This document shows, in pieces, positions 1 through 9,374 of a stretch of DNA of 64,000 bases (positions are counted from its first letter, which is position 1; each line of letters begins with the position of its first letter). The notes beneath the pieces were generated by a model. It saw nothing but the letters and a program-made list of their open reading frames with translations. It had not been told where the DNA came from and did no database searches. The DNA is from Nitrospina sp. GTDB taxonomy: Bacteria; Nitrospinota; Nitrospinia; Nitrospinales; VA-1. The DNA lies in NCBI GenBank assembly GCA_018673915.1, contig JABHBK010000001.1, forward strand, positions 68,069 to 132,068, given 5' to 3'. A program made the position numbers and the translations under genes.

Positions 1-1232
1 TAGACCGGTTGTTTGAGCAGTTCATGGGAGCCGGAAATCTCAACAAGTTTTATCGGATTTATGACGGGTCGGGAAATGTGGGATCTCGATCTAAAAATAT
101 TGATGCCTCCCAGTTCCCATTATCCCAGGTCGCTTATGCCGAAGCTCTTAAAGGGGAAAACTCCTACGAAACATTTTTGGTAGAGGGAAAACATTCCATT
201 CGGGTTATCACCATGCCCATCATTAGGGAAAAGAAACTGGTCAACCTGGTTCAAGTGGGGACTTCACTGGAAGCCGTGCAGGAAACCCTGAGAAACCTGA
301 GAATTTTTCTGTTTACGGCTGTTCCTTCTGTACTTGTTCTAGCAACATTATTCGCTCGGTTCATGGCCCGGAGGGCTTTGAAACCGATATCCCGAATCAT
401 TCAAACAGCCCGCGATATAGGCCAGGGGCAAGAGTTGAACCAGCGTATACCCGTACTTAAAGTCCAGGATGAACTGGGGCAGTTAGCTCTTACCTTTAAT
501 GAAATGATGGACCGGTTGGAAAATTCTTTTGCCCAGATGCGTCAATTTAGCAGTGACGCTTCGCATGAGTTGAGAACTCCTCTGACAGTGTTGAAAGGCC
601 AAAATGAACTGATCTTGAGCAAACAGCGCGATCCGGAAGAGTATCAAGAAGTGATAGCTAGCAACCTTGAAGAGATTAACTATATGTCAAAAGTGCTGGA
701 GGACTTGTTCATTCTCTCGAAGTCAGACGAAAACCAGATTCACCTGAATTGCAAGCGCATGGATCTTAGGGACCTGGTGGAGGAAGTGTGCAAACATGCC
801 GAAGTGTTAGCAGGTGATAAAGATATCCCCATCACCATTGCCTTTCTTGAGTCTGTGACAATCAATGGCGATGAAGTGCGGCTCCGGCAAATGATCTGGA
901 ACATTCTGCACAACGGTATTAAATATACGCAACCGGGAGGCGAGCTGAAAGTATCTTTGCAGGATGAAGGGGAGTTTGCCCTGTTATCGATACAGGATAC
1001 GGGTATTGGAATACCAGAAAAAGACCTGCCATTGATATTTGATCGGTTCTATCGAGTAGATAAGGCCCGGTCACGGGATGAAGGTGGGAGCGGCTTAGGA
1101 CTCAGTATCTGCAAGCACATTGCCGAAGCTCATAAAGGTAAGGTCGAGGTCGAAAGTAAACCAAGTGTAGGCACCCGTTTCAAAATCCGCATCCCCAGCA
1201 TTACGCGTGCGGCGAATGAGCAAAAACTTTAG
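1..1232 (+). CDS. two-component sensor histidine kinase, 5' end cut by window edge
   Basis: The frame is open to position 1. A TM helix (FLFTAVPSVLVLATLF) is followed by a HAMP-like linker and the H-box SDASHELRTPL. HATPase motifs are NGIKYT, DTGIGI and GGSGLGLS. Confidence 0.9.
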   Translation, partial: DRLFEQFMGAGNLNKFYRIYDGSGNVGSRSKNIDASQFPLSQVAYAEALKGENSYETFLVEGKHSIRVITMPIIREKKLVNLVQVGTSLEAVQETLRNLRIFLFTAVPSVLVLATLFARFMARRALKPISRIIQTARDIGQGQELNQRIPVLKVQDELGQLALTFNEMMDRLENSFAQMRQFSSDASHELRTPLTVLKGQNELILSKQRDPEEYQEVIASNLEEINYMSKVLEDLFILSKSDENQIHLNCKRMDLRDLVEEVCKHAEVLAGDKDIPITIAFLESVTINGDEVRLRQMIWNILHNGIKYTQPGGELKVSLQDEGEFALLSIQDTGIGIPEKDLPLIFDRFYRVDKARSRDEGGSGLGLSICKHIAEAHKGKVEVESKPSVGTRFKIRIPSITRAANEQKL

Positions 1233-1299
1233 CGGGCTGGCGAACATTTTTTTCGGCTCAACGAGCTTTTGCTAATTGCCATCGGCGGCTCGCCGGCGT

Positions 1300-2814
1300 C
1301 TAGTGCAGTTGGAGGATGACGTTTTTGACCTGGGTATAGTTTTCCAAAGCGTGAATGCCCATTTCCCTGCCATACCCGCTGTGTTTGTAGCCTCCAAAAG
1401 GTGCCGCAGCATCGAATATATTGTGACAGTTTACCCACACGGTACCGGCTTTAAGACCTTTAGCCACTTTGTGAGCCTTGTTGATGTCTTGGGTCCACAC
1501 GCTGGCCGCCAGTCCATAAACGGTATCGTTACCACGGGCAATGACCGAATCAAGATCTTCAAAGGGTGCTGCTACCACTACGGGACCAAAAATTTCTTCC
1601 GCCACTATTTTCATTTCGGGATTAACATTGTCAAAAACAGTGGGTTCAACGTAGCATCCTGATTCCATTTCCCCACCTGGAGCGTTACCACCTGCTCGGG
1701 TTTTGGCACCTTGCTGAGTTCCTGACCGGATAAAATTCATGACCCTTTCCTGTTGCTCGCGTGAGACCAAGGGGCCCATGTCTGTATCGGAACACATGCC
1801 CGGTCCAATTTTGATATTTTTAGCCAGTTCGGAAACGCGCCCTATCAGGTCCTCATAAATATTTTCATGCGCCAGAAGTCGGGAACCTGCGGCACAACAT
1901 TGTCCGTGGTTGAAAAATATGGCACCAGCTACTCCCTGGGCGGCGAGGTCCAAGTCTGCATCGGGGAAGACGATGCAGGGTGATTTGCCTCCCAACTCTA
2001 ATGAGACCCGTTTTAGGTTTCCGGCAGAGGATTTGACGATCTCATGTCCGACTTCTGTGCTTCCTGTGAAAGCGACCTTGTCTACATTTTCATGACGGGC
2101 AAGCGCTTCGCCCGCATCGCCGAATCCGGAGACGATGTTGACCACTCCATCGGGGAACCCCGCTTCGGCGAACAGGTCTGCAAGATATAAAACGGATAAG
2201 GGCGTTTGTTCCGCCGGTTTTAAAACCACGCAATTACCTGCGGCCAGAGCCACGCCCAGTTTCCAGGTGGCCATGAGTAATGGGAAGTTCCAGGGAATGA
2301 TTTGCCCGACCACACCCATGGGTTCGCGTAAAGTGAAATCAAGAAATTCGGCACCCGGAGCGTAAGGAACGCTGATGTCAATGGTTTCGCCATGAATCTT
2401 TGTGGTCATCCCGGCGTAATAACGGAAGTGGTCCACAGTGAGCGGAACATCGGCAGCACGGGAGATGTTTAGTGGTTTGCCATTATCGAGAGTTTCCAGT
2501 TGTGCGAACTCTTCGGTGCGCTGTTCGATCAGGTCTGCCAATTTCCACATCAGCTTGCCTCTCTCCGAGACGGTTATTTTTCTCCAGGGGCCTTCGAAAG
2601 CCTTGCGTGCTGATTTTACAGTTCGATCTATATCTTCCTTCTCTCCCTTGGGAACACGGGTCAGGACACTGTTGTCGGAAGGATCCAGGACTTCAAAAGA
2701 TTCTCCATTGGAAGCGTCAACACGTTTCCCATCGATCAATAGTTTTTGTGGGGAGGCGAGAAAATCTTTGATCGCCGAAAGCGGTGCGATTGCTGTGGTC
2801 ATGGCTAGCTCCAA
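1300..2814 (-). CDS. NAD(P)-dependent aldehyde dehydrogenase
   Basis: 504 aa. Carries the ELGGKSP motif and the catalytic-Cys motif FFNHGQCCAAGSR, plus FTGSTEVG and a PFGGYKHSGYGRE tail. Confidence 0.93.
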   Translation of the reverse strand: MELAMTTAIAPLSAIKDFLASPQKLLIDGKRVDASNGESFEVLDPSDNSVLTRVPKGEKEDIDRTVKSARKAFEGPWRKITVSERGKLMWKLADLIEQRTEEFAQLETLDNGKPLNISRAADVPLTVDHFRYYAGMTTKIHGETIDISVPYAPGAEFLDFTLREPMGVVGQIIPWNFPLLMATWKLGVALAAGNCVVLKPAEQTPLSVLYLADLFAEAGFPDGVVNIVSGFGDAGEALARHENVDKVAFTGSTEVGHEIVKSSAGNLKRVSLELGGKSPCIVFPDADLDLAAQGVAGAIFFNHGQCCAAGSRLLAHENIYEDLIGRVSELAKNIKIGPGMCSDTDMGPLVSREQQERVMNFIRSGTQQGAKTRAGGNAPGGEMESGCYVEPTVFDNVNPEMKIVAEEIFGPVVVAAPFEDLDSVIARGNDTVYGLAASVWTQDINKAHKVAKGLKAGTVWVNCHNIFDAAAPFGGYKHSGYGREMGIHALENYTQVKNVILQLH

Positions 2815-2960
2815 ACAGGTTGGGAAATCAAAATTAAAATTGAACTATAGCTCAATTATTATATTGATTGGTGGCGAAATAAAGAGTTTTTTGAAATTAA
2901 AAGAGAAGATAAGCTTTGTTTCTGGCAATTTAAAATCTAGGTTAGTGAGGTATTTAACTT

Positions 2961-4805
2961 TTACAAGTTTTTTAGCCTTTGTGAGCGGGCAAGATTGAGG
3001 GCCGATTTGGGTTGGGAATCCTTCTGGTTTCTATTTTCAGATTTAGATTGGATATTTACATTCAAGCTTGTTCCACCGAGCCCCACTAAATTGGAAGGGG
3101 TGAAGGATGTGGAGGTACTTGCCGTGCTAATGTTTTCTGCAGGTTTGGAATTCTTGGATTCTGAATTATTCTGTGTTTTCTGACTCGCTTGTCCAGGAGG
3201 AGTGAATGTCTCGCTGCGAATAGATGATGTAGGAGAAGCATTGCTGCTGGAAGTGGTGCTGACTCCTCCGAGTCCATTAAACGTTCTTTCCCCTGAGGGT
3301 TTGGCTCGAGTGATGTTGCGGGTTCCAAAGTCTACTCCTCCGATTCCTATTGTAGGAGTAGTGATGTTGAAATTTTGGGCTACTTCCACTCCACCAATGC
3401 CTACCGCAGGGCTATTAGCGTTTCTTATAATGGAAGCGACTGCTGGTGTAGACGGTTTTTTAGGTTCTGGTTTAATTTCTAGTTTAATATCTGTTTTAGT
3501 TTTCATTTTCGTTTTAATTTCTACTTTGACTTCTGGCTGGGAAGATTTAGGGGTTATAATTTTTTCAATTTTAGAGGTGGCCTTAGGGATGTCAATGGTT
3601 CCATTTTTTGCACTTAAGGTTCCATATGATTCGGTAGTTCCTTTAACAACGATTTTCCCAGCCATTCCCCAATCCATGAGGGTGTCAGCGTTAACTTCGG
3701 AACCCATATTGATGAGGGTGCGATAGGAGTTTTGCGTGTTGCCATTTATATCCCCGCCTATATAAGCACTGCCTTGTCCGGCGTTAGAAGAAACATCCAC
3801 CCGCGCTCCATTACGCAAGGTGACATTTTTTCCTGCAACTCTTACCAGGCCGCCTTTTTCCTGCCATCCTTTTCCGGAAGCATCAAGTTGACCGGATACA
3901 TTTACCGTTCCCTGATCTCCACCATCCAGGATAATAGCTCCTTCCTGATTCATGGAGATGGATTTTGCTTGAATGATGCCATCCATATTGATGACCTGAT
4001 CGAGCGCGTTTTGTGCTGTTGCGACCTTTAGGGTAACGATGCCGCCATCGGCATAAATTTTCCCGCTATTGGATACCTGAGCATCGAGTTCTTCCCCATA
4101 CATTCCGGTTGCTTGTTTCATTACAGTGTCATTAACGCCCAGATTAATCAGTTGGTCGCCATAAAGGTCGAGGGTGAAGGTATTGCCTGAAACAAGGCTG
4201 ACTCTTCCAAGCCTGGCGTTGATAGTGCCGGAGTTGGAAACGCCAGGAGCTACCAATGCTACCAAACCACCCTCGCTAACGGTGATGATTCCTTTGTTGA
4301 TGACGACACCCCTGGAATTGTTAGAGGGAAGGTTGAAATTGAAATTATCGTTCATAAACTCCCAATTGCTGATGTCGGTGGTGGTAGCTACCAGACCTCG
4401 AACATCTACTCTGGCTGTGTCCCCGAAAATTACACCATTGGGATTGATCAACACGAGACGACCGTTTGAATTGAGACTACCTAAAATGGATGACGCTTGG
4501 TCTCCTGTAACCCGATTCAGGGTTATGCCATTTGTGGAGGATAACTTAAAATCGACAGCTTCGTTAACCCCGACGCTGAAAGACCGCCAATCTATAATAG
4601 CCTTATCGGAACTCTGGGTGACATTAAGCTGTTGGGCATTAGGTTGGCTAAATGTTACATCACCAGTCTGCTTTGTTGGGTCTTGCGGAAGAGCATAAGC
4701 CAGATGAGTAACCAACAACGGAGAAAGGAATAGTGCGAGAAAAGTAAGGAGAATTTTTCCATCGCTGCTTTTATTGTCTGATTTTAATTTAAATATTTCT
4801 TTCAT
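2961..4805 (-). CDS. two-partner-secretion (TpsA-type) exoprotein with filamentous haemagglutinin N-terminal domain
   Basis: Has an extended signal peptide and the TPS-domain signature LNRVTGDQASSILGSLNSNGRLVLINPNGVIFG. A beta-helix-like G/N/V-rich body follows. The C-terminus is a K/E/P then S/T/N-rich low-complexity tail. Confidence 0.8.
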   Translation of the reverse strand: MKEIFKLKSDNKSSDGKILLTFLALFLSPLLVTHLAYALPQDPTKQTGDVTFSQPNAQQLNVTQSSDKAIIDWRSFSVGVNEAVDFKLSSTNGITLNRVTGDQASSILGSLNSNGRLVLINPNGVIFGDTARVDVRGLVATTTDISNWEFMNDNFNFNLPSNNSRGVVINKGIITVSEGGLVALVAPGVSNSGTINARLGRVSLVSGNTFTLDLYGDQLINLGVNDTVMKQATGMYGEELDAQVSNSGKIYADGGIVTLKVATAQNALDQVINMDGIIQAKSISMNQEGAIILDGGDQGTVNVSGQLDASGKGWQEKGGLVRVAGKNVTLRNGARVDVSSNAGQGSAYIGGDINGNTQNSYRTLINMGSEVNADTLMDWGMAGKIVVKGTTESYGTLSAKNGTIDIPKATSKIEKIITPKSSQPEVKVEIKTKMKTKTDIKLEIKPEPKKPSTPAVASIIRNANSPAVGIGGVEVAQNFNITTPTIGIGGVDFGTRNITRAKPSGERTFNGLGGVSTTSSSNASPTSSIRSETFTPPGQASQKTQNNSESKNSKPAENISTASTSTSFTPSNLVGLGGTSLNVNIQSKSENRNQKDSQPKSALNLARSQRLKNL

Positions 4806-4848
4806 TGTATTTTATTATATAAAAATTATTAATTTATATAATTTTAAA

Positions 4849-4864
4849 TACAATTTCTGTGCCA
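4849..4864 (-). promoter_or_regulatory. candidate sigma-54 promoter upstream of the TpsA gene (imperfect -12)
   Basis: The minus strand reads TGGCAC-agaaa-TTGTA. The -24 element is perfect and the spacing correct, but the -12 GC is GT. It lies about 44 nt upstream of the ATG at 4805. Confidence 0.3.
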
Positions 4865-5080
4865 ACGTAACAATTTTGTGATAAATTGAGGTATTCTATT
4901 GATTTTAAAGCCTTTAAGATTTAGATTGGCGAGCGGTGCGGAGGAGGTAGATGCATTGAATTTTATAAATAGTATGAATTATTTATAAAAATTTATACTA
5001 ATGTGGGAATGTGTTGCATATTTCTAGCCTTAATAGGGGGTGGGTGGAGCGAGGGAGGGTTTGAAGTTTTAGGGGGAGGG

Positions 5081-5533
5081 TTATTGTATCCAGACAAGGG
5101 GTCGGTAGATCCAGGCTTTGTCTCCGGCGGCGTCTTCAACATGGACCCAATTGTTCTTGATTTTGAGGACTTTCATGGAAAAAAATTTATCTACCGGTGC
5201 CCAGCTCACTTTGGGAAATTTGGTGCCGGGTCCTTCTCTGAGATTGGTTTTATTATTTTTGATGACGGCGCATTTGAATTTTTGGGTGGTGAGGGGAGCG
5301 TGGACCCAATACGCGTCTCCATCCAGATCCTGCACCTGTTTCCAGTCATTTCTGGTTTTTAATAGTTTAAAGGGCATGTATCGGAATACCTGCCAGAGTT
5401 TTTCGTGTTTGGTGCCGGGTCCTTTTCGCAAATTAGCTTTCTCGCTTTTGATGCAAAGAGCCAATGCGGGGCTGACCTCAAAACATAAAAAGATCAAGGC
5501 CAATAAAGAAGCGGATATAGAAAATTTAGTCAT
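5081..5533 (-). CDS. secreted protein with two bacterial SH3 (SH3b) repeats
   Basis: Signal peptide present. Two repeats of the type ANLRKGPGTKHEKLW...NDWKQVQDLDGDAYWVH and TNLREGPGTKFPKV...NNWVHVEDAAGDKAWIY. Confidence 0.75.
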   Translation of the reverse strand: MTKFSISASLLALIFLCFEVSPALALCIKSEKANLRKGPGTKHEKLWQVFRYMPFKLLKTRNDWKQVQDLDGDAYWVHAPLTTQKFKCAVIKNNKTNLREGPGTKFPKVSWAPVDKFFSMKVLKIKNNWVHVEDAAGDKAWIYRPLVWIQ

Positions 5534-5583
5534 AGTGTTCCGATGTAGAGGGTATGTAGGTAGATCAGTGAATTAATTCTCGT

Positions 5584-6306
5584 TTATGTTCTTCCATATT
5601 CTAAAACGAACAAACCGCAAGAAATGACTCCGTATATCATGAAAATCTGAAGCAGAAAACGTGAAGAGGTAACCGGTTGAACTTCTTTACCGTTGACTTT
5701 GAAGGTGAAGGAAAACGCCTGCTTTTCTATGTGGTCATCTTTTTCAAGCATATCAAATAACTCAGCCTTAATCCGTTTTTTCTTTTCTTTCCCTTCAGAG
5801 GTTTTGACGATTACCTTGTAAGAAATATTTTGAAACAGGCCCGTATCTATCTTCTTTTCCAACACGGTTCCATCCATCACTGAAAAAAACTTAAAAAATA
5901 TCAGAGCACCCAAAAGGGAAACCATGAGAGTTTTCCCGTTGAGAAAAGTGGTGCGCAGCGTTTCTTTGTTGTTTTGTCTTTGCTGGTGTCCCATGAAGAA
6001 GGTATGCATGGCTGGAGTGAAAATATCCCATTGAAAATAAGGGTAGCCGGAGTAATGCGGACGTGTGTACCAAGGTTGGGCTTGCTCTTTGTGTTGAAAG
6101 TCATCATAAGCCCGTCTGCGCTTCAGGTCTGACAATACGGAGTAAGCTTCGGCGATTCGGGAAAATCGTTCCTGGTCGACAGGGCTGGGATTCTGAATCC
6201 GGTCAGGATGATATTGCTTCGCCTGTTCTCGATAGGCGGATTTGATTTCCAGATATCCCGCATTTTCTGTCACGCCGAGTAAGGCATAGTAATCAGGATT
6301 GCTCAT
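5584..6306 (-). CDS. J-domain (DnaJ-like) membrane protein
   Basis: N-terminal DYYALLGV...IKSAYREQAKQYHPDR with an HPD motif. Hydrophobic helices sit mid-protein and at the C-terminus. There is a 4-nt overlap with the upstream DedA gene. Confidence 0.8.
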   Translation of the reverse strand: MSNPDYYALLGVTENAGYLEIKSAYREQAKQYHPDRIQNPSPVDQERFSRIAEAYSVLSDLKRRRAYDDFQHKEQAQPWYTRPHYSGYPYFQWDIFTPAMHTFFMGHQQRQNNKETLRTTFLNGKTLMVSLLGALIFFKFFSVMDGTVLEKKIDTGLFQNISYKVIVKTSEGKEKKKRIKAELFDMLEKDDHIEKQAFSFTFKVNGKEVQPVTSSRFLLQIFMIYGVISCGLFVLEYGRT

Positions 6307-6881
6307 GATGAAGAGGGAGCCACTTTTTTGGTGAGCCAGATCATTATTACAATAAACGCCAGGGTCAGAAGGATAACGCTGGCTTTAAATGGGTTCAAGG
6401 TGTTGATCAATACTTTCCCCAATGACAGACTCAAAAAAGTATAAGCGACCGAAAAAAGGATATTGCCCGCGAACGAATATAAAATGTAACGCCGAATATC
6501 GTATCGGATCATCCCTGCAAAGGGAGGGATGATTTTAGAAACCACGAACAGAAAACGTCCAAGGATGACCATCGATGCAGGGTGGCTTCGAAAAGCACGT
6601 TGAGTCCAACGGATGGGTTTTTCCAGTTTACGGACAAAACCAAACTGCATCCAATAGTCCAGTCCGGTTTTGTAACCCAGAAAATATAAAAACAGGTCGG
6701 CGATCCAGCCTCCTGCAAATCCGCAAAACAGGACTCCATACGGGCTCAACAAATCCTGCGAAGCGGCGATACCTCCAAAAACGAGGAATAGGGGAATTCC
6801 ATAATGATCGAAATAAGTGCCGATCAGGATCACTACGTATCCGTAATCCCGGACCAGCGGTTCGATGGATTCAGGGGACAT
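6303..6881 (-). CDS. DedA/SNARE-associated family membrane protein
   Basis: 192 aa and polytopic. DedA-like motifs include GYVVILIGTYFDHYGIPLF and GRFLFVVSKIIPPFAGM. Confidence 0.75.
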   Translation of the reverse strand: MSPESIEPLVRDYGYVVILIGTYFDHYGIPLFLVFGGIAASQDLLSPYGVLFCGFAGGWIADLFLYFLGYKTGLDYWMQFGFVRKLEKPIRWTQRAFRSHPASMVILGRFLFVVSKIIPPFAGMIRYDIRRYILYSFAGNILFSVAYTFLSLSLGKVLINTLNPFKASVILLTLAFIVIMIWLTKKVAPSSS

Positions 6882-7165
6882 TATTCGCAGGAGTCACACA
6901 ACATATTGGTCAGCGCATTCATACAACAACAACCAGCATAGGTGCCTGCCCCGGACACAGCACTGTGTTTAAAAGTTTCTTTCATGTCCGGACGTTGGTT
7001 GTAATATTGTTGTGGAGGCGGCGATTGCCTGTATTGCTGGGGAATTTCTGTTTCACCCTGTTGTTGCGGGGACTCGGCATTAGGGTCCTGATTCAATCCT
7101 TTTCCACACTGGGTGCAGAAATTAGACTCTTCACTGTTTTCGGCTCCGCAATTTCCACAAAACAT
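6881..7165 (-). CDS. zinc-ribbon protein with Q/P-rich linker and Cys-cluster tail
   Basis: An internal ATG gives MFCGNCGAENSEESNFCTQCG (CxxC-x12-CxxC). The tail is GCCCMNALTNMLCDSCE. The longer track ORF (to 7228) would overlap the upstream gene. Confidence 0.55.
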   Translation of the reverse strand: MFCGNCGAENSEESNFCTQCGKGLNQDPNAESPQQQGETEIPQQYRQSPPPQQYYNQRPDMKETFKHSAVSGAGTYAGCCCMNALTNMLCDSCE

Positions 7166-7175
7166 ATTGGCTCCT

Positions 7176-8111
7176 TTAAAAATCTTTACAGTTGAACAGG
7201 GTTCGTTCAGGATTTTGTTTTTTCTCAATCATGGATTCAAACACTTTTCCTGTTTCCTTGTCAAGACAGTGAGTGATAATATTTTCGACCACGGGAAACG
7301 ATTCGTTCAGGCTCAAAGCGGGGAGGCAAGTCAGTAGTGCCTGTTTTTCGTTGGCAATGAGTTGGCTGTATTTATCATAGGTTTTCTCAAGCCGGGCTCT
7401 ATCTTCGGGGTCTACTGCTTCCTCTGCGTGTTGAATTAAATTGAACCGCCCTGCTTTTAAATCGGAATGAAAATCCTCCATTGCATCGAGTAGATTGATG
7501 ATTTTCCCCAGTCCTGTAAAAAGCACTTCCAGAGCGGAAAGGCGGGAAGGGTCGACTTTGTCTTTAAACGGTTGAGTCATGATATAGGCAAAAGTTTCGC
7601 CCCAGCATTCCTGGATTTCAGAAAAACTTTTGGAACTCTCTTCCAGTCTGTTCAGTACTTTTAGTCTTTCCTGTATTTGTTCGACATCTATGTTGAAGAT
7701 TTGGTATTGATCAATATTGGCATCAAATGTTTTTTGAAATCGGGACTGGAGAGCTTTGTTGTAGCGGGTAACCCAAAACCCTTTCTCGTCATCGAGGTTG
7801 TCTTGAAACTTTATTTGGAAAGCCAATAGGCTAATCAAGGCTCCAAGTCTTACGGCTGGATGGTCTGAGGACAGGGACGCAACTTTAGCAATGGGCATTC
7901 CTGAGCAACGATCCTTGACCGCACGGATGTCTTGCACTACCATTTCGTTATACAACATGGCGATCAGGGTGCCCTCATAGGTATTCACAAAGGCGTATAA
8001 GCGGTTGTGGGTTTTCACCATATGGCGGCAAATACTACAGTAGTAGAGCTTGTAGTACAGGCAGTCCTTGAGCAGAAGCTCCATTTTTTCCGGTTTTAAA
8101 ATTCCGATCAT
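7176..8111 (-). CDS. DUF5685-like protein of unknown function
   Basis: The N-terminus MIGILKPEKMELLLKDCLYYKLYYCSICRH matches my recollection of the DUF5685 start pattern (MxGxxxPxxxEL...Y..YCxxC). The rest is helical. Confidence 0.45.
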   Translation of the reverse strand: MIGILKPEKMELLLKDCLYYKLYYCSICRHMVKTHNRLYAFVNTYEGTLIAMLYNEMVVQDIRAVKDRCSGMPIAKVASLSSDHPAVRLGALISLLAFQIKFQDNLDDEKGFWVTRYNKALQSRFQKTFDANIDQYQIFNIDVEQIQERLKVLNRLEESSKSFSEIQECWGETFAYIMTQPFKDKVDPSRLSALEVLFTGLGKIINLLDAMEDFHSDLKAGRFNLIQHAEEAVDPEDRARLEKTYDKYSQLIANEKQALLTCLPALSLNESFPVVENIITHCLDKETGKVFESMIEKKQNPERTLFNCKDF

Positions 8112-8189
8112 GGGAAAGTTGGATGGGTTGATTCAGAAGTTGGTATCATTATAGGTCATCCGGTTTCCTCGATCAAAAGGGAAGGTCTC

Positions 8190-9320
8190 TTGCTACAAAT
8201 ATTGACATTACTGCAACTGGTATTAATTGTGGGGATAATCGTCTACCTGACGGCGAACATGATTTATCTGGTTCGCCTTGAACCTGTTTCCCATCTGCTG
8301 GATGATCCCCCTATGGTTTCGGTATGCGTCCCGGCACGAAATGAGGAGCGAGGTATTCGGGCTTGTTTGGAATCCCTTTTAAAGCAGGATTACCCCCAGT
8401 TTGAAGTGATCGTGGTGAACGACCATTCCACAGATCGTACCGGCGAATTGATCAATGGCCTGAAAGACCCTCGTTTAATTGCGCTAGAAGGAGAGCCCTT
8501 GCCTGATGGCTGGCTGGGGAAACCTTTTGCCCTGTATCAGGCTTTTCAGAAGGCAAAAGGAGACCTGCTATTGTTCACCGATGCCGACCCTGTTTTTGAA
8601 CCTCATGCTTTAAGTACCGCTGTGTTCACCATGAGAGAACGCGAGCTGGACGCCTTGACTTTGATGCCCAAAGCGGAATTCGGTTCTTTTTGGGAGAGGG
8701 CGGTGCAACCCGTTATCTTTGGTTTTATCGGCTCCTTGACACGATTCAGAAAAGTGAACAGCCCCGATCACAAAAGCGCGATGGGATTCGGTGCATTCCT
8801 GATGTTCAAACGTTTTGCTTATGAATCCATCGGGGGACACGAGGCTGGAAAAGCCGATGTGCTGGAAGATGTGTTGATCGCTAAACGGCTTAAAAAGGCA
8901 GGATTCAAACTTCTCGTTGCCGATGCCAAGCGTTTGTTTTCTATCCGCATGTATTATGGGTTCCGTGAAATCTGGACGGGCTGGCGAAAAAATATGTTCC
9001 TGGCTATGAGACGGTCTGTTCCACGCGTGCTTTATTATGTATCCATGGTGCTGGCGTTTGTGCTAACCCCTTATCTGATTCTGGCTTGGAATGTGGCAGT
9101 TGGAACGGGTATTTTGTGGCTGGGGCTCTCCCTTTTCGGGGTGATCATGGTTTTTGCAGCATCGATAAAAACCTGCGATGAGTTGGAGATGCACCGTATC
9201 AACGCCTGTCTGTTCCCGATAGGTGCCGTTGTGATGGCGGCAATCATGATAAACTCCATGATCCAGATCCTGGTATTTTCCCGTGCTGAGTGGCGGGGAA
9301 GAGTTTATTCAATGAAATGA
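8190..9320 (+). CDS. family-2 glycosyltransferase with C-terminal membrane helices
   Basis: VSVCVPARNEERGI...DYPQFEVIVVNDHSTDRTGE and FTDAD (DxD) motifs, followed by several TM helices. Confidence 0.85.
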   Translation: MLQILTLLQLVLIVGIIVYLTANMIYLVRLEPVSHLLDDPPMVSVCVPARNEERGIRACLESLLKQDYPQFEVIVVNDHSTDRTGELINGLKDPRLIALEGEPLPDGWLGKPFALYQAFQKAKGDLLLFTDADPVFEPHALSTAVFTMRERELDALTLMPKAEFGSFWERAVQPVIFGFIGSLTRFRKVNSPDHKSAMGFGAFLMFKRFAYESIGGHEAGKADVLEDVLIAKRLKKAGFKLLVADAKRLFSIRMYYGFREIWTGWRKNMFLAMRRSVPRVLYYVSMVLAFVLTPYLILAWNVAVGTGILWLGLSLFGVIMVFAASIKTCDELEMHRINACLFPIGAVVMAAIMINSMIQILVFSRAEWRGRVYSMK

Positions 9321-9374
9321 TGACAAAACTAAACTCGATGGAATAATTAGACACTTTCCTTCCTCTAACTTGAT

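Noticed and set aside
2438-4698. Several 99-186-aa plus-strand ORFs (2438-2998, 3202-3726, 3732-4031, 4174-4698)
   Set aside because: All lie antisense to the well-supported aldehyde dehydrogenase and TpsA genes. Their translations are Ser/Pro/Leu-rich with no motifs, so they are shadow ORFs.
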